A DNA stretch of 64,000 nt from Candidatus Heimdallarchaeum aukensis (GTDB taxonomy: Archaea > Asgardarchaeota > Heimdallarchaeia > Heimdallarchaeales > Heimdallarchaeaceae), in assembly GCA_021513695.1 (NCBI GenBank), contig CP084166.1, forward strand, positions 128,001 through 192,000, written 5' to 3'. Below are positions 19,292 to 29,169 of the stretch, one piece after another. How positions within the stretch are numbered: position 1 is the stretch's first letter; every line of letters begins with the position of its first letter. The notes beneath the pieces are model-generated. The model ran no database searches. It saw nothing but the letters and a program-made list of their open reading frames with translations, and had not been told where the DNA came from. A program made the translations under genes and the position numbers.

Positions 19292-20251
19292 TCATTTTTC
19301 TTCTTCATCATCATTTAACAAGCTACTGAAGGCTGCTCTTAATTCATTTTGAAGTGATTCTTTCATTTGCTTTGTAGATTTTTTAGGAGTAGCTGGTGTA
19401 GGCTCTGATACTGGGCTTACTTCATCTGATTCTTCCATTCGTTGAGATCTTCTTTGTTGAGCAGCTTTAACTTCTGAAAGTAAAGCTTGTTGTGGAGAAA
19501 GAGGTCTTGATGCTTGTGCAGCTTGTTCTCTCTCTTTTTTATGAGCATCAGGATCAACTTTCTTTAATTTTGCTTTTGCTTCCAGAATTGCTGAAGCTGT
19601 TGGTCCACCTAATGGTCCCACACCTCCCCCACCCATAGGTCCTGGGCCAGGAGCTGGTGATTGTTGCACTGGAGCTTTTTGTAATTTTGCTTTTGCTTCC
19701 AGAATTGCTGAAGCTGTTGGTCCACCTAATGGTCCCACACCTCCCCCACCCATAGGTCCTGGGCTAGGTGCTGGTGATTGTTGCACTGGAGCTTTTTGTA
19801 AAGATTTGGCAGCATTAGCTATCTCGCTAGCAAATCCTGGAGAACCTGGCCCTGCTCCTAGATTAGGAGCTGGTGCAGGAGCTCCACTTAAATTTGGTGT
19901 TGGAGCTGGTCCCCCTAGATTAGGCGCAGAAGTCGCTCCACCCCCTATATTTGGCGCTGGAGCTGGTCCAGAACTCAATTTAGGTGCAGAAGGTATCGAG
20001 GGACTTGGAGTACTTCCACCTATACTTGGAGCACTAGGCATTCCCATTCCTCCTCCAGGTGCTCCACCTAATTTATTCTCCAAAGCTGTTATTCGCGCAT
20101 CTAATTCGTTAATAGCATCTTCAATTCTTTCTGTAGATTTGATCATAATACTTCCAAAGTTTTCAAGAAGTCTAGTTAATTTTGCAATCGCAGTTTTCGT
20201 AGGGGAAGAACCTTCAGATAATAAATTGTCTAGGTACTCATCAATTGACAT
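19292..20251 (-). CDS. Coiled-coil plus Pro/Gly-rich low-complexity protein with repeated amphipathic LQKAP/LKKV segments
   Basis: N-terminal helix ...RIEDAINELDARITALENKLGG. Then AP.PNLGG-type repeats, followed by FASEIANAAKSLQKAP, SAILEAKAKLQKAP and SAILEAKAKLKKVD, and an acidic tail. The track start at 20254 is TTG; the ATG is at 20251. Confidence 0.7.
   Translation of the reverse strand: MSIDEYLDNLLSEGSSPTKTAIAKLTRLLENFGSIMIKSTERIEDAINELDARITALENKLGGAPGGGMGMPSAPSIGGSTPSPSIPSAPKLSSGPAPAPNIGGGATSAPNLGGPAPTPNLSGAPAPAPNLGAGPGSPGFASEIANAAKSLQKAPVQQSPAPSPGPMGGGGVGPLGGPTASAILEAKAKLQKAPVQQSPAPGPGPMGGGGVGPLGGPTASAILEAKAKLKKVDPDAHKKEREQAAQASRPLSPQQALLSEVKAAQQRRSQRMEESDEVSPVSEPTPATPKKSTKQMKESLQNELRAAFSSLLNDDEEEK
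19566..19799. repeat. Two tandem 117-nt near-identical repeats inside the Pro/Gly-rich gene
   Basis: aattttgcttttgcttccagaattgctgaagctgttggtccacctaatggtccc... starts at 19566 and again at 19683. The copies differ only around ccaggagct versus ctaggtgct. Each encodes a 39-aa unit QKAPVQQSPAP.PGPMGGGGVGPLGGPTASAILEAKAKL. Confidence 0.9.
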
Positions 20252-20335
20252 CAAATATCAAAATATACTAGACTGAAAACTATAAAAAGACTTTGTTAAT
20301 GCATAATGAAAAAGAAAAATTAATTGTTCTTGAAA

Positions 20336-21364
20336 TTAGAACGCCTCTGAAAGAACTTTAACTACTTTTTCAATATCTTCTCTGCTTATATTGAAGTGAG
20401 TTACAAAACGAATCAATTGCTCTCCCATTTGTGTTACTAAAACCCCTTGTTTTTCTAGTTTTTTGCTTAAGGTATTTGCATTATATTCTGAGTCTGAAAG
20501 ATCAATAATTACAATGTTTGTATCCACAGGTTTGACAATTATATTTTCCTTTTCTCGAAGAACTTTTTCAATCATTTTAGCGTGATCATGATCTTCTTTT
20601 AATCTATCAATCATATGGTTAAGGGCATATATTCCTGGTGCTGCTATAACTCCTGCCTGTCTCATTCCCCCTCCTACTCTTTTTCTGTTTTTTCTGGCTT
20701 TTTCAATAAACTCTTCTGTTCCCACGATTATAGAACCAATTGGACAAGCAAGTCCTTTACTTAAACAAATCTGTATTGAATCTGCATGTTCTACTAGTTT
20801 TGCTGGAGAAATATCTAACGCTACTGAAGCGTTAAATAATCTAGCTCCATCAATATGTACAGGAACTTCATAATCATGTGCTAGTTTTGCTATTTCGTCC
20901 ATATTCGATTTAGGAATAACTCTTCCTCCCCCTCTGTTGTGAGTATTTTCAATACATACTAATTTAGGATCTGCGTAATGAACATTATATGGTCTAGAAA
21001 GAATTGCTTCAATATCTTTAGGATCCATTAACCCATTGTCTCCTCTTATTAAATAAGGTAAAGCTCCAACTATTGATGCAATTCCACCAGCTTCATACAA
21101 ATATATATGGCTCTCTGCTTCTAAAATTATTCCTTCTCCTTTATTTAGATGAGTCATCTCTGAAACTAGATTTCCTTGTGTACCACTTGTAACTAGTAAG
21201 CCTGCTTCTTTACCTAGTATTTTTGCTGCTAAAACCTCTAATTCTTGTACTGTAGGGTCTTCTCTCCAAACATCATCGCCTAATTTAGCTGTTAAAATTG
21301 TTTCTAACATCTCTTTTGGAGGTAAAGTTAATGTATCAGAACGCAAATCAATTACTTTTTTCAT
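20336..21364 (-). CDS. ltaE: Low-specificity L-threonine aldolase (PLP-dependent)
   Basis: IDLRSDTLTLPPKEMLE...GDDVWREDPTVQELE is the hallmark N-terminus of threonine aldolases. The protein is 342 aa. Confidence 0.9.
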   Translation of the reverse strand: MKKVIDLRSDTLTLPPKEMLETILTAKLGDDVWREDPTVQELEVLAAKILGKEAGLLVTSGTQGNLVSEMTHLNKGEGIILEAESHIYLYEAGGIASIVGALPYLIRGDNGLMDPKDIEAILSRPYNVHYADPKLVCIENTHNRGGGRVIPKSNMDEIAKLAHDYEVPVHIDGARLFNASVALDISPAKLVEHADSIQICLSKGLACPIGSIIVGTEEFIEKARKNRKRVGGGMRQAGVIAAPGIYALNHMIDRLKEDHDHAKMIEKVLREKENIIVKPVDTNIVIIDLSDSEYNANTLSKKLEKQGVLVTQMGEQLIRFVTHFNISREDIEKVVKVLSEAF

Positions 21365-21425
21365 TTCAAATATTATTTGAACAAGCTATTTAAATTATTT
21401 TTGATAAAAAAAGAGAAAATAAAAA

Positions 21426-22961
21426 CTAAAGGAATTTAGGTGGTTCAGGGATATTATCTAAATATTTAAGGAAAGGTTCTGGCCATTCGTCAGTTTTTAA
21501 GCCTTTTTGAGAAACAAAGGCAGTAATAAATCGTTCAAAACTTCCTCCTCCACAGCCTGACCAAAGATCTTTTCCTCCTTCAGTTTTTACACTAAATCCT
21601 CTTGGATATTTGTCTCCTATAATAGAAATATTCTGGATTTCTAACCACTCACTTTCTTCTCTAGAACCTCTATAAGGCATATAAGTTTCGAAGTCAATTG
21701 TACCAACAAGCATGTCTTCTTCCTCTTCATCTTTTGCAGATTGTTCAAGCCACCAAGGCATAACTTTTGCTTCTCGGACTTCTAAATCAAAAATTCTGTC
21801 AAAAACTTCTCTTAATTTCTTTCTTGTTTCAGTTGCTACCTCTTTTACTTGTTTTGGAGTGCCAATAAACAATGTTTCAATTCTATGTAATTCATCTACT
21901 CTTTCAAAACCATAAGCAGAGCCAGATTCATATCTATATGTTGGTCCACTCCAATCATAAACTAGTATAGGTAAGCTCTCTTTAGCAATTGTTTTTCCTT
22001 GAAGCCAAGCCCAGAAAGGAGGACATTGAGCATAAGACAATCCTCCTATTGGAGGAGTGATTTTTTCATATAGTTTGTCTTCAGGAATTGTTTTTGTTAT
22101 TGTTATATAATCAGCTATTTCTTCAAAAAATTCAGGGTTTGCACTTTTAGGTTGAACAACAAAGTACGGTTCAAACCCTCCTTGAAACATTCCTTCTGCA
22201 TGACCAGAGCGTAGCCAAATTGACCAGTCCACAAGCTTTGGTATCATCATTTTCTGATAGTTTAGAGGAGTATATACATGTTCAACCATTATCTTCTTTA
22301 TTGCTTCAATAACTGCTGTAATGGAAGGAGTTAAAATCCATTGATTTCTATAATTTGTTCTTTTAATCCATCCTTCTTTTTCAAGAAGTTTTGTTGGATT
22401 TTTGGAAGTAAGAAGTTTCTTTTCACCTGAATACCAAGCAACTGTATGGTGTTCTTTTTTAGCTCCATGATAATCTTTAGATATTTTATCATTGATTCTT
22501 CTTAATATCCGTTCTATTGCTCCTTTTTCAACAAAATCTTCTTCTATTTCAGGGTCTATCTCAATTCTTGCCCAAGGTTCATCCTCTTTTTTGAAAAACT
22601 CAAGCTTTGATGTTAAAGGTAAAGTAAATTCTCTTTTAGGTTCAAGTTTAAGTTTTTTCTCTATCTCATATTTGATAAATTTAAAACCTCTTAGACCAAT
22701 TTTGTATTTTTTGCCAATTTCTTGTGCTAATTGTTTGCGCATGCGTAAAACTATAGTGTGAGGAGCATATGAGTCAACTGAATTAAGAGAAAGTACAATC
22801 TTCTTATCCTTTATTTCAGAAAGTTCAATAGTGAATTTTCCTTTTGGACGTTTAGAATTTAAATCTTGTTCATATTTTGAAATAAACTGTGTTAAATGTT
22901 CTATACTCTCTTTAGGTAATTCTCCGCTTGTGATAAAATATAGTTCTAAAGTTTGTTTCAT
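21426..22961 (-). CDS. serS: Seryl-tRNA synthetase, methanogen (atypical) type
   Basis: The full-length 511-aa protein matches my recollection of Methanosarcina-type SerRS block by block: RMRKQLAQEIGKKYKIGLRGF, GAKKEHH, KEGWIKRT, IPKLVDWSIWLRSGHAEG, IGGLSYAQCPPFW, TYRYESG, GFERVDELHRIE, WLEIQNISIIGDKYPRGFSVK, LWSGCGGGSFERF. The Zn-ligand Cys/Glu/Cys positions appear to be present. Confidence 0.8.
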   Translation of the reverse strand: MKQTLELYFITSGELPKESIEHLTQFISKYEQDLNSKRPKGKFTIELSEIKDKKIVLSLNSVDSYAPHTIVLRMRKQLAQEIGKKYKIGLRGFKFIKYEIEKKLKLEPKREFTLPLTSKLEFFKKEDEPWARIEIDPEIEEDFVEKGAIERILRRINDKISKDYHGAKKEHHTVAWYSGEKKLLTSKNPTKLLEKEGWIKRTNYRNQWILTPSITAVIEAIKKIMVEHVYTPLNYQKMMIPKLVDWSIWLRSGHAEGMFQGGFEPYFVVQPKSANPEFFEEIADYITITKTIPEDKLYEKITPPIGGLSYAQCPPFWAWLQGKTIAKESLPILVYDWSGPTYRYESGSAYGFERVDELHRIETLFIGTPKQVKEVATETRKKLREVFDRIFDLEVREAKVMPWWLEQSAKDEEEEDMLVGTIDFETYMPYRGSREESEWLEIQNISIIGDKYPRGFSVKTEGGKDLWSGCGGGSFERFITAFVSQKGLKTDEWPEPFLKYLDNIPEPPKFL

Positions 22962-23031
22962 TTCGTTCGATAGAAAGAATCAGTTATCTATTTTAAACTA
23001 TTTCTTCTATCGATAAAAAAGTAAAAAGAAG

Positions 23032-24774
23032 TTATTTGTCATTGATTTTTACTTGTAAGAAATACTCAATTATTTCTTTCAAATCTTTCTTTGTTATACG
23101 TTTATCTGACTGAATTCCACCTTTTTCTAAGACTATGTGTCTCATTCCTGGTCTTAACAAACTAAGATCATGCGAGCAAATAATTACTGTTGTTTGTAAT
23201 TTTTCTGCAACATCCATTAATACATCAATTATGGCTCTTGCCAAATCACTATCTAAATTAGCTGTTGGTTCATCTCCTATTAGAATAGGCGTTTTTCTTG
23301 TTAATGCAAGTGATAAGGAAGCTCGTTGTTTTTCTCCAGCAGAAAGTTCATCAGGATAAGCTTCTAACTTATGTTTTATTTGACATTCCTCAACCATATT
23401 TAGAGAGTACTCTTCATCATAGTCTAATTTAGAAAACAGATAAGGGACAAGAAGATTATCTTTAACTGTAACAGGTTCAAAGAGGTTATTATGCTGAGTG
23501 ATATAAGCAATGTTCTTTAATCTAAACATTGATGTTTCATATTCATCTTTATCATGAAGTGAAACATTATTGATAATTATTTCTCCTTTATCTGCTTTTA
23601 CAAGTCCTGTAATGCAATTAAAAAGGGTAGTTTTTCCTACTCCACTGGGCCCAGTAATCATTACGAAATCTCCTTTTTTAACTTCTAAGTTAATGTTTTT
23701 TATTACTTGATTATAACCTGCTGGAGAATGATATCCTTTGGAAACTCCTTTTAATTGCAAAATATTTTCTCTACTCTCTATGAAGTTGAATTTTCTGCTA
23801 ATAATTTTTTCAATTTCTTCATAAGAAATTTCTCGAGATTCTTTAATCGCTTCGTCAACTGGTTTATTCAAAATCTTGTATATTTCTTCTCTATTTACTA
23901 TATCAGGATTCCAAAATAAACCAAGAGATCCAGCAGGATGAGCGTCAAATTCTACTACATCATAAAGCTTTGTTTTCATCTTTATTTGATCAGGTATTCT
24001 AAGAAGGCTATTTTTATCTAAGTAAGCCCGATTATTTGTAGAAGAACTTGTCATAAATTCAAGTTTATCTTTTTCCATATCTTGACTTACTCCTACTAAT
24101 CTCCCATCTCTAATGATAAAGCTATGTTTGAATACATTTCTAAAGCGGATATCGTGAGTCACAACAACAATAGTTTTACCCGTGTTCTCGTTAATATCTT
24201 TTATAGTATTAATTACTTCTTTAGTATGCTCAGTATCTAATTGACCTGTAGGCTCGTCAAGAAGTAGAAATTTAGGATTTTTAGCTAAGGCTGCACCTAA
24301 AGATAAACGCATAGCCTCTCCACCAGAAATGCGAGAAACGAGATTATTTCGCACATGATATAAGTTTAACAGTTCTAAAATTTCCTTGACTTCTCTTCTG
24401 GCTTGCTCTCTTGGAATGTAAAATAATTTTTTGTGTATCATAAGATTCTTTTCAACAGAGAGATTTGAGAATAAGTTATCGCTAATATTTTGATTGATCA
24501 ACCCAATGTATCTGAATCTGAACTCTCTTAGTTGTTTTTGAGACATTTTTTCTAAATGATGGTTGTCAATAATGACTGATCCTCCAGTAATATCTTCTAA
24601 GCCAGATAAAATCTTGATTAATGTGGTTTTTCCTGCTCCAGAAGGACCAACTATACTTACAAGATCACCTTTTTCTACATATAAATCTAATCCTCTTAAA
24701 GCAGCAACTTTATAATCAGAATGAGGGTCGAAATAAATTTTAAATAAATCAATACATTGTATCATTTTTATCAC
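23032..24774 (-). CDS. ABC transporter ATPase with two fused NBDs, locus 2 (paralogue of 7576-9333)
   Basis: GPSGAGKTT / ISGGEAMRLS / LLLDEPT / VVTHD, then GPSGVGKTT / LSAGEKQRAS / ILIGDEPT / ICSHD. It is collinear with the locus-1 ATPase, including the linker LRIPDQIKMKTKLYDVVEFDAHP. The GTG at 24774 overlaps the permease stop; an ATG lies at 24765. Confidence 0.9.
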   Translation of the reverse strand: MIKMIQCIDLFKIYFDPHSDYKVAALRGLDLYVEKGDLVSIVGPSGAGKTTLIKILSGLEDITGGSVIIDNHHLEKMSQKQLREFRFRYIGLINQNISDNLFSNLSVEKNLMIHKKLFYIPREQARREVKEILELLNLYHVRNNLVSRISGGEAMRLSLGAALAKNPKFLLLDEPTGQLDTEHTKEVINTIKDINENTGKTIVVVTHDIRFRNVFKHSFIIRDGRLVGVSQDMEKDKLEFMTSSSTNNRAYLDKNSLLRIPDQIKMKTKLYDVVEFDAHPAGSLGLFWNPDIVNREEIYKILNKPVDEAIKESREISYEEIEKIISRKFNFIESRENILQLKGVSKGYHSPAGYNQVIKNINLEVKKGDFVMITGPSGVGKTTLFNCITGLVKADKGEIIINNVSLHDKDEYETSMFRLKNIAYITQHNNLFEPVTVKDNLLVPYLFSKLDYDEEYSLNMVEECQIKHKLEAYPDELSAGEKQRASLSLALTRKTPILIGDEPTANLDSDLARAIIDVLMDVAEKLQTTVIICSHDLSLLRPGMRHIVLEKGGIQSDKRITKKDLKEIIEYFLQVKINDK

Positions 24775-27700
24775 TCCAAATTCATAGGTTGATATCTAGC
24801 AAATTGCATTTTCATTGTCATGTAGAATATAGAGAAAAACATAACAGGAATAACTAGAAAAATTATCACCGCAATAACTGGTGGAAACTGAATAGGATTA
24901 GGCAATATCTCTTGCCTTAGGCTTCTTAACACTCTTCGTATAATTTCAGTTATTGTAAAACCTACTGCTGTACCACTGATTATTCCAGGAAGAATTCCAA
25001 TCATGAATAATTCAAAGGAACTCATTTGAATTATAAGTTTGTTAGGTATACCCATCTTCTTAAGAATGTCATGCTTACCCATTCTTCTTTGCAATATCTT
25101 AAGAGGATTACTCATACTTGTAAATACAATAGAGATTATGCAAATTAATAATGAAAAAACAAATATTGAAACTATCGAAGCATAAAAGGGAAGATTGGTA
25201 CGGTAAATTTCTTGTTCTTCTTCAACTATGTTAATGATTTCTAGATTGTATTTCTCTTCTAAACTTGAAGAAAATTGAACTATATCCGTTTTTTCTTCAA
25301 CATTTATTAATAATCTATAACCAAATACTCCAAAAACGGTTAAACTCTCTTCTATTTTCTCATAATTGCTCTCTGTTAGAACAATCATAGGAGTTCCTCC
25401 CGATTCTCGTGGACCATAAGGATAGATTATGGGGAAATAGTCAAACTCATCTATTATCTTCACTTCTACGTCATCGAATGAGTATTTCATTTCGCTAATA
25501 TCAAAGAAAAACTTGAAGTTGCTAGAAACAATTATCTCTTTATCGTTATCCAGTTGAGGAATAATATCATCCCAATTTTTGTAAAATCTTTCTGAAGGTT
25601 TATACGCTGTATTATAGAAATCCGAAGCTTTTTGAATCACTAAAAGATTTAACTGTCTTCCTCCAAACATTGCGTCAACTTGAGAAACGTTACATATGCC
25701 GATTACTTCGGGAAGAATTTTAATTTCATCACTGATACTGGAATTAACGTTATTGTAATTGCTTATATACATATCAGCTCCTGCCATAAAGTAAGAATCT
25801 TTTATTATCCCATTCTGCATTGTTAGAGGAGCAGCTATTGCAGGAACAGCAATTCCTACCAAAAGTAAATAGGTCAAGAAAATATCATTAAACAATGAAA
25901 GATCTGTTTTTACTTCAACTAATGAGAAAGTGAATATATTCTTCTTAATTTTCCACAAAGTTTTGCTTAAAACTGCCATAATAAAAGAGTGAAGATCTTT
26001 TAAAATTAGTCCTAAACCGAATAAAGATATCATTACTCCAATTCCAATAATATACACGAAAATGTTTATCAATTGGTTATCTGAAGAAGAAAGATTTTCG
26101 CTGAAAGTTAGATATAGTTTTAGTCCTCCGTAAATTATTCCTCCTCCAACAGCAATAATAATGAAGTTGCCGATTTTCACCTTTTTAAGAAAAGAAACAA
26201 ATTTGTTATAATCTCTTATTTGCTCCTTCTTTATTTTTGCCATTCTTATTGTTAAAGGTAAAGTAATAATTATTAAACCAAAGAACGAAATTGTGAAAAT
26301 TAAAGGAAGATTCTTTAACGAAGGCATTGTAGAACTTAGATTGAAAGAGACAAATCTATCTAATTTTAATAAAATGGGAATAATCAGTATTGCTTCTCCT
26401 AAACCTAAAAAGGTTGCAATAAGTGATTCTACAAATTTCATTACTGTGTTCAGATAAACTATTTTTCCAGTTGACAACCCTTTGGAACGGAGAATTTTAA
26501 TTTCTTCATCAAAACTTGTAGCAAATAAGGCATTTGTTTCAAAAATCAAGAATAGTGCAAGGTAAAGGACAGGTATTGATAATAAAACAATTAGAAATTG
26601 AGTAGAGGAATAGGAAGGAACTAAACTTTGCAATACTAGTTTTAATTCAGTTGAAATAACCCAAGAACCACCTAAATCAAATTTTACAGGATGATCGTAA
26701 CTTGGTTGTAAAATGTCAAAATCATTTATTAGTTTTCCAATATTTTTAGAATTAACTAAAGAAAAATCATAGAAAAATTGAACTATACCATCAAATTTCA
26801 GATGTTGAACTGGCATAGTTTTTAAACTTGACAGATAAAAATCATTGAAAGTTATTGCACCGATGTATTGTGAAATCATTTCTATGAGATCATATGATAA
26901 TCCATAATCTCTACTCATCTTAAATAATGAAGGTTCTGTTGGTTTTTCGTAAATCCCTACAATAGTCATGTTCACTCTTTCTTTTAAACCTCCAACAGAG
27001 ACATCTGCACCAACAAAGACAATAGTGTCGTTTATTGTTTTATTGAAAGCTGTCGCTGTAGTTTGATCGATTATAACTTCATTGATTTTATCAGGTAACC
27101 TACCTGAAACTAGAATTCTTCCCAAAATATCCTTATAATTAGTAGATAAGGAATAATATGATTCTACGCTCTGAACTGTACTCTCAGTATCCTTCTTAAA
27201 TAGAATTCGCATTTGCATTGAATAATCAGAATCAATAATTATATCCTTCAAAACTTCAGTTTTAAAAGCGATAGTTGAAAGAATCTCGTTCATAACAGCA
27301 GAAGAAAAATTCTCGTAAAAAGGTGAGTATTCATTTACTCTCCCCCATCTCGCGGAAAGAACATTATGCATTCTCGAAAACGTAGCTGAAGCTTTTTCAT
27401 CTTCTTCTAAATGAGCATCTTCTAAATATTGTTGTATCATCATGTTTTGTTTATATGAAAAGAGTGAAGAAGAAGAGAAAACAATCATTGCCAAAATTGA
27501 TAAGCCTAGTATTGTTATTATAGCTCTCTTTTTGTTTGATCTCCATAAATCGAAAGGAAGACTCAATGAACTTACAATAAAAACCCATAGATTGAGAAAT
27601 ACTAAAACAAATTTACTTTTTCCAGTTTTTATAGGTCTAAATAAAAACCTAAATAGTTTTTTTCCTTGATTTACTATTTTTTTGTAAAATATGGCTATAA

Positions 27701-29045
27701 ATAGTAAGAGAATTGAGATAGCTATTGTAAATTCAATCCAATGTATTCTAAAAACATATTGAAAGAAGTTTACTAAAGTTAGATCGTAAATAACAGGTCT
27801 TATAATACTGTTGAAAGATAAATTACTATTTGAATAAATTAAAACAGAAAAGACATTAGGTTCTACTATAACTTTGTTTTCTAGTTGAGTATCATGAAAT
27901 CTCTGTGTTCTACTAACTAAAAAAGTAGTAGGAGATTGAAAATTGATATGAGTCGAGTCGAAAACCGTAATGTTTGAAGTGAAAGGAATATCAATAAATT
28001 GTTGAGTAATATTTTTTCCATTATATCTTAAAATAGTAAATTCAGTAATTAAATCAGCCTTAGAATTACTTGAATTAAGAGGTAAGTGGGGATTAGGGTT
28101 GATTAAGAATGTTATTGACGAATCAAAAGAGTAGTGATACAAGTCATCATATGAATACATTCCCAATTGAAATTCACTAAAGTTTTCAAAAGAAAGACTT
28201 TCGTTCAATTTAAAATTATGAGTATAGAATGTTGATCCTTTAATTAGAGCCAAGTTTAGTGTAGTTTGATTAAATACCGATAAATAAACATCATAATCAG
28301 TATTGAAAAGAAGATAGTTACTTAAATAAGGGTCATCGTTTATGATATATATTCCAACTAGCCTTGTTGGGAAAAACATATACTTGTACAATGCAACTAA
28401 TTTTCCATCAACAAGTAGCAATGTTTGAATGCCATTATATTCTAAATCTGTAAACCAATTTTCAGTGCTTGAAGTTCCATTTAGAAAAACTGTTAATTTT
28501 TTAAATTTAGTCTTTGGGTGCTCATCCATTGCCGATTCAAACATTGGTTCTGCAAACAGCAAATAGAAAGAGTTTTCTATAAACTGAACATTATAGATAA
28601 AATAATTTCCAAAAAAACTTGAATGGTAAATCAAGAAATTACTTTTGTTTTGTTCTGATTCCCAAACATACATTTCAATATTGAATTGCCCAAAGTTTCC
28701 ATGATATGAATAGAACAATACTATTTTGTTATCAATTCTAAAGGTGTCAAAAATTGTTCCTGGACTTAAATCTGTTTTAATCTTTGATATATTTCCTTCA
28801 AACAAATGAAAGATAGTGAAGGATTGATTTTCTAATTCCATTTTTATGAATAAGTGTAATCTTTCTTGAGTGTCTAACACCGCTCTTGTTTCTAAATCTA
28901 CTATTGTTTCATAAGCTTGAAAATAACCTATAACCTCTTCTTTAACTTCTGGATTTTCAGTTATATCAGCACTTATTAGCAAAGAATTATAATTTAAACT
29001 TAATATAGACGCTATTAAAATAAACACGAAATATTTTTTTTCCAT
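24771..29045 (-). CDS. Giant MacB/FtsX-type ABC permease, locus 2 (paralogue of 3299-7579)
   Basis: Architecture matches locus 1: signal MEKKYFVFILIASILSLNYNSLLISA, an aromatic/Asn-rich ectodomain, and two FtsX-like modules (EIKILRSKGLSTGKIVYLN..., ILKKMGIPNKLIIQMSSFELFMIGILPGIISG). The track start at 29195 overlaps the divergent MFS gene, so the ATG at 29045 is preferred. Confidence 0.8.
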   Translation of the reverse strand: MEKKYFVFILIASILSLNYNSLLISADITENPEVKEEVIGYFQAYETIVDLETRAVLDTQERLHLFIKMELENQSFTIFHLFEGNISKIKTDLSPGTIFDTFRIDNKIVLFYSYHGNFGQFNIEMYVWESEQNKSNFLIYHSSFFGNYFIYNVQFIENSFYLLFAEPMFESAMDEHPKTKFKKLTVFLNGTSSTENWFTDLEYNGIQTLLLVDGKLVALYKYMFFPTRLVGIYIINDDPYLSNYLLFNTDYDVYLSVFNQTTLNLALIKGSTFYTHNFKLNESLSFENFSEFQLGMYSYDDLYHYSFDSSITFLINPNPHLPLNSSNSKADLITEFTILRYNGKNITQQFIDIPFTSNITVFDSTHINFQSPTTFLVSRTQRFHDTQLENKVIVEPNVFSVLIYSNSNLSFNSIIRPVIYDLTLVNFFQYVFRIHWIEFTIAISILLLFIAIFYKKIVNQGKKLFRFLFRPIKTGKSKFVLVFLNLWVFIVSSLSLPFDLWRSNKKRAIITILGLSILAMIVFSSSSLFSYKQNMMIQQYLEDAHLEEDEKASATFSRMHNVLSARWGRVNEYSPFYENFSSAVMNEILSTIAFKTEVLKDIIIDSDYSMQMRILFKKDTESTVQSVESYYSLSTNYKDILGRILVSGRLPDKINEVIIDQTTATAFNKTINDTIVFVGADVSVGGLKERVNMTIVGIYEKPTEPSLFKMSRDYGLSYDLIEMISQYIGAITFNDFYLSSLKTMPVQHLKFDGIVQFFYDFSLVNSKNIGKLINDFDILQPSYDHPVKFDLGGSWVISTELKLVLQSLVPSYSSTQFLIVLLSIPVLYLALFLIFETNALFATSFDEEIKILRSKGLSTGKIVYLNTVMKFVESLIATFLGLGEAILIIPILLKLDRFVSFNLSSTMPSLKNLPLIFTISFFGLIIITLPLTIRMAKIKKEQIRDYNKFVSFLKKVKIGNFIIIAVGGGIIYGGLKLYLTFSENLSSSDNQLINIFVYIIGIGVMISLFGLGLILKDLHSFIMAVLSKTLWKIKKNIFTFSLVEVKTDLSLFNDIFLTYLLLVGIAVPAIAAPLTMQNGIIKDSYFMAGADMYISNYNNVNSSISDEIKILPEVIGICNVSQVDAMFGGRQLNLLVIQKASDFYNTAYKPSERFYKNWDDIIPQLDNDKEIIVSSNFKFFFDISEMKYSFDDVEVKIIDEFDYFPIIYPYGPRESGGTPMIVLTESNYEKIEESLTVFGVFGYRLLINVEEKTDIVQFSSSLEEKYNLEIINIVEEEQEIYRTNLPFYASIVSIFVFSLLICIISIVFTSMSNPLKILQRRMGKHDILKKMGIPNKLIIQMSSFELFMIGILPGIISGTAVGFTITEIIRRVLRSLRQEILPNPIQFPPVIAVIIFLVIPVMFFSIFYMTMKMQFARYQPMNLE

Positions 29046-29169
29046 ACCAATCTCCCATCGGATATGCCTTTTTTTGAACACTTTAAAATTTTCCTCTGTA
29101 AAAATATTTTTTAAATGAATAAATACTTCAAGAAAAGAATTTATATATTGCAAGTTCTTGTTAAGCAAA

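Noticed and set aside
19806-20276. 156-aa + strand ORF rich in Gly/Ala/Pro
   Set aside because: It is the antisense shadow of the Pro/Gly-rich gene. The GC-rich low-complexity repeats keep both strands open. The reverse-strand gene has the coiled-coil N-terminus, sensible ends and operon context.
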